A stretch of 64,000 nucleotides of DNA, taken from the NCBI GenBank assembly GCA_043228905.1, contig JBHGNT010000012.1, positions 806,001 through 870,000 on the forward strand, given 5' to 3'. The DNA is from Azolla caroliniana. Taxonomy: Eukaryota > Plantae > Polypodiophyta. Both the position numbers and the translations under genes were made by a program. The notes under the pieces are model-generated. The model was not told the origin of the DNA. It was given only the letters and a program-made list of their open reading frames with translations, and made no database searches. Below, one piece after another: positions 63,063 through 64,000 of this stretch; the first letter of the stretch is position 1, and every line of letters begins with the position of its first letter.

Positions 63063-64000
63063 GCACTTCTAACGTGTTGCATTATGTCTTTGTTTCGGAG
63101 GACATCACCATGGAGGATTGGAGCCTGATACTATAGAAGGAGGTTTGATACATTGTTGGAGAAAATGTGTTATGTATAATGTAACCTAGTGGTCGCTTTA
63201 AAAAATGACTGCAAGTCTTGTGGATAGTGAGAGGCATGGGAAGCTATGTCTATGTCACCTTGTGGCCTTGTTCTTTAGGGGTGGCCCAGAAATAATACTA
63301 GAACATTGATGTTCTAATAGGAATGACAAATATTTGTACTAAATAGGATGCAGGATTTAATTCTTGTTGGGTATGATGTTCGATGCATATGTGGAAGTAT
63401 GTTGGGACTTGTCGTTTATGTGCTCAACAAACAACACAGAAAGTATGGCAGGAGAATAGATAGAAGCATAGACACAATTTTTAGCTTTAATGGAAGCTTT
63501 CGTTATTTCTCTGTTCTCTCTCACTTACAGACTCAAGATGCAAGAAGGAACATTATTACAACATTAGGTTAGGGCTTATATACTCATGCCCTAACTATTA
63601 GACGTGTTCACACTAGTAAGGATACAAAGTGGAAGGAGTCGGCCTTTTATGCGTGAACACTATTAGAAGCTTTTCTTTGTTGAGACAACTTTTCAATTGT
63701 TGAATCGGAAGAGATGCATTGATATTGAACTTTGATGTGAGTTTAATAATGTCAGCTTATATGGCAAGATGAAGGCTATATGTTGCCACTAGCCCCTACA
63801 ATTATGTTTGATGTTTTCAGGTGTTTCATTAAGGTCACAAGGTCATGCATTTATCCTTTCCATTCTACATTGGCTTCTAGTAAAGTAATGCATATATACA
63901 ATGGGATTTGAGCTCCGATGTGGAGATGTAAAAAACTTAGCTAACATGTCAAATCATATTCTTGGATGTTATGTGGCTCGTATATTACATCCTAGCTTTG
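63063..64000 (-). repeat. Inverted duplicate of the PPR upstream region (~58440-59190), reaching the window end
   Basis: For example acgagccacataacatccaagaatatgatttgacatgtta and ccatggtgatgtcctccgaaac in reverse complement; ~85-90% identity with indels. Confidence 0.92.
63365..63670 (-). mobile_element. LTR-like insertion present only in the inverted copy
   Basis: Absent from 58880-58915; minus strand has agtatataagccc and ends cccaaca; the other end is truncated and no TSD is seen. Confidence 0.55.

Overview
Land-plant nuclear DNA; the PPR style suggests a fern or other seed-free plant (inference). Five host genes: the 3' part of a DEAH-box helicase (RID1/DHX33-like, +), BTF3/NAC-beta (+), APS kinase (-), METTL13/eEF1A-KNMT (+) and an intronless PLS-class PPR gene (+). 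From 6.5 to 29.5 kb is a nested transposon cluster resolvable by TSDs: a LINE is split by a decayed Ty1/copia element, which itself carries an intact, very young copia, a hAT with one nonsense codon, and two solo LTRs. Mutator-like and hAT MITEs, tRNA-derived repeats and short tandem duplications occur elsewhere. Most notable: (i) an inverted partial duplicate of the PPR locus whose promoter and start codon are replaced by a 5S rRNA/Cassandra-like Pol III module (possible hairpin/small-RNA locus); (ii) a solo LTR carrying a tRNA-like Pol III cassette; (iii) PPR flanks homologous to METTL13 flanks. All alignments and identities were read by eye and are approximate.
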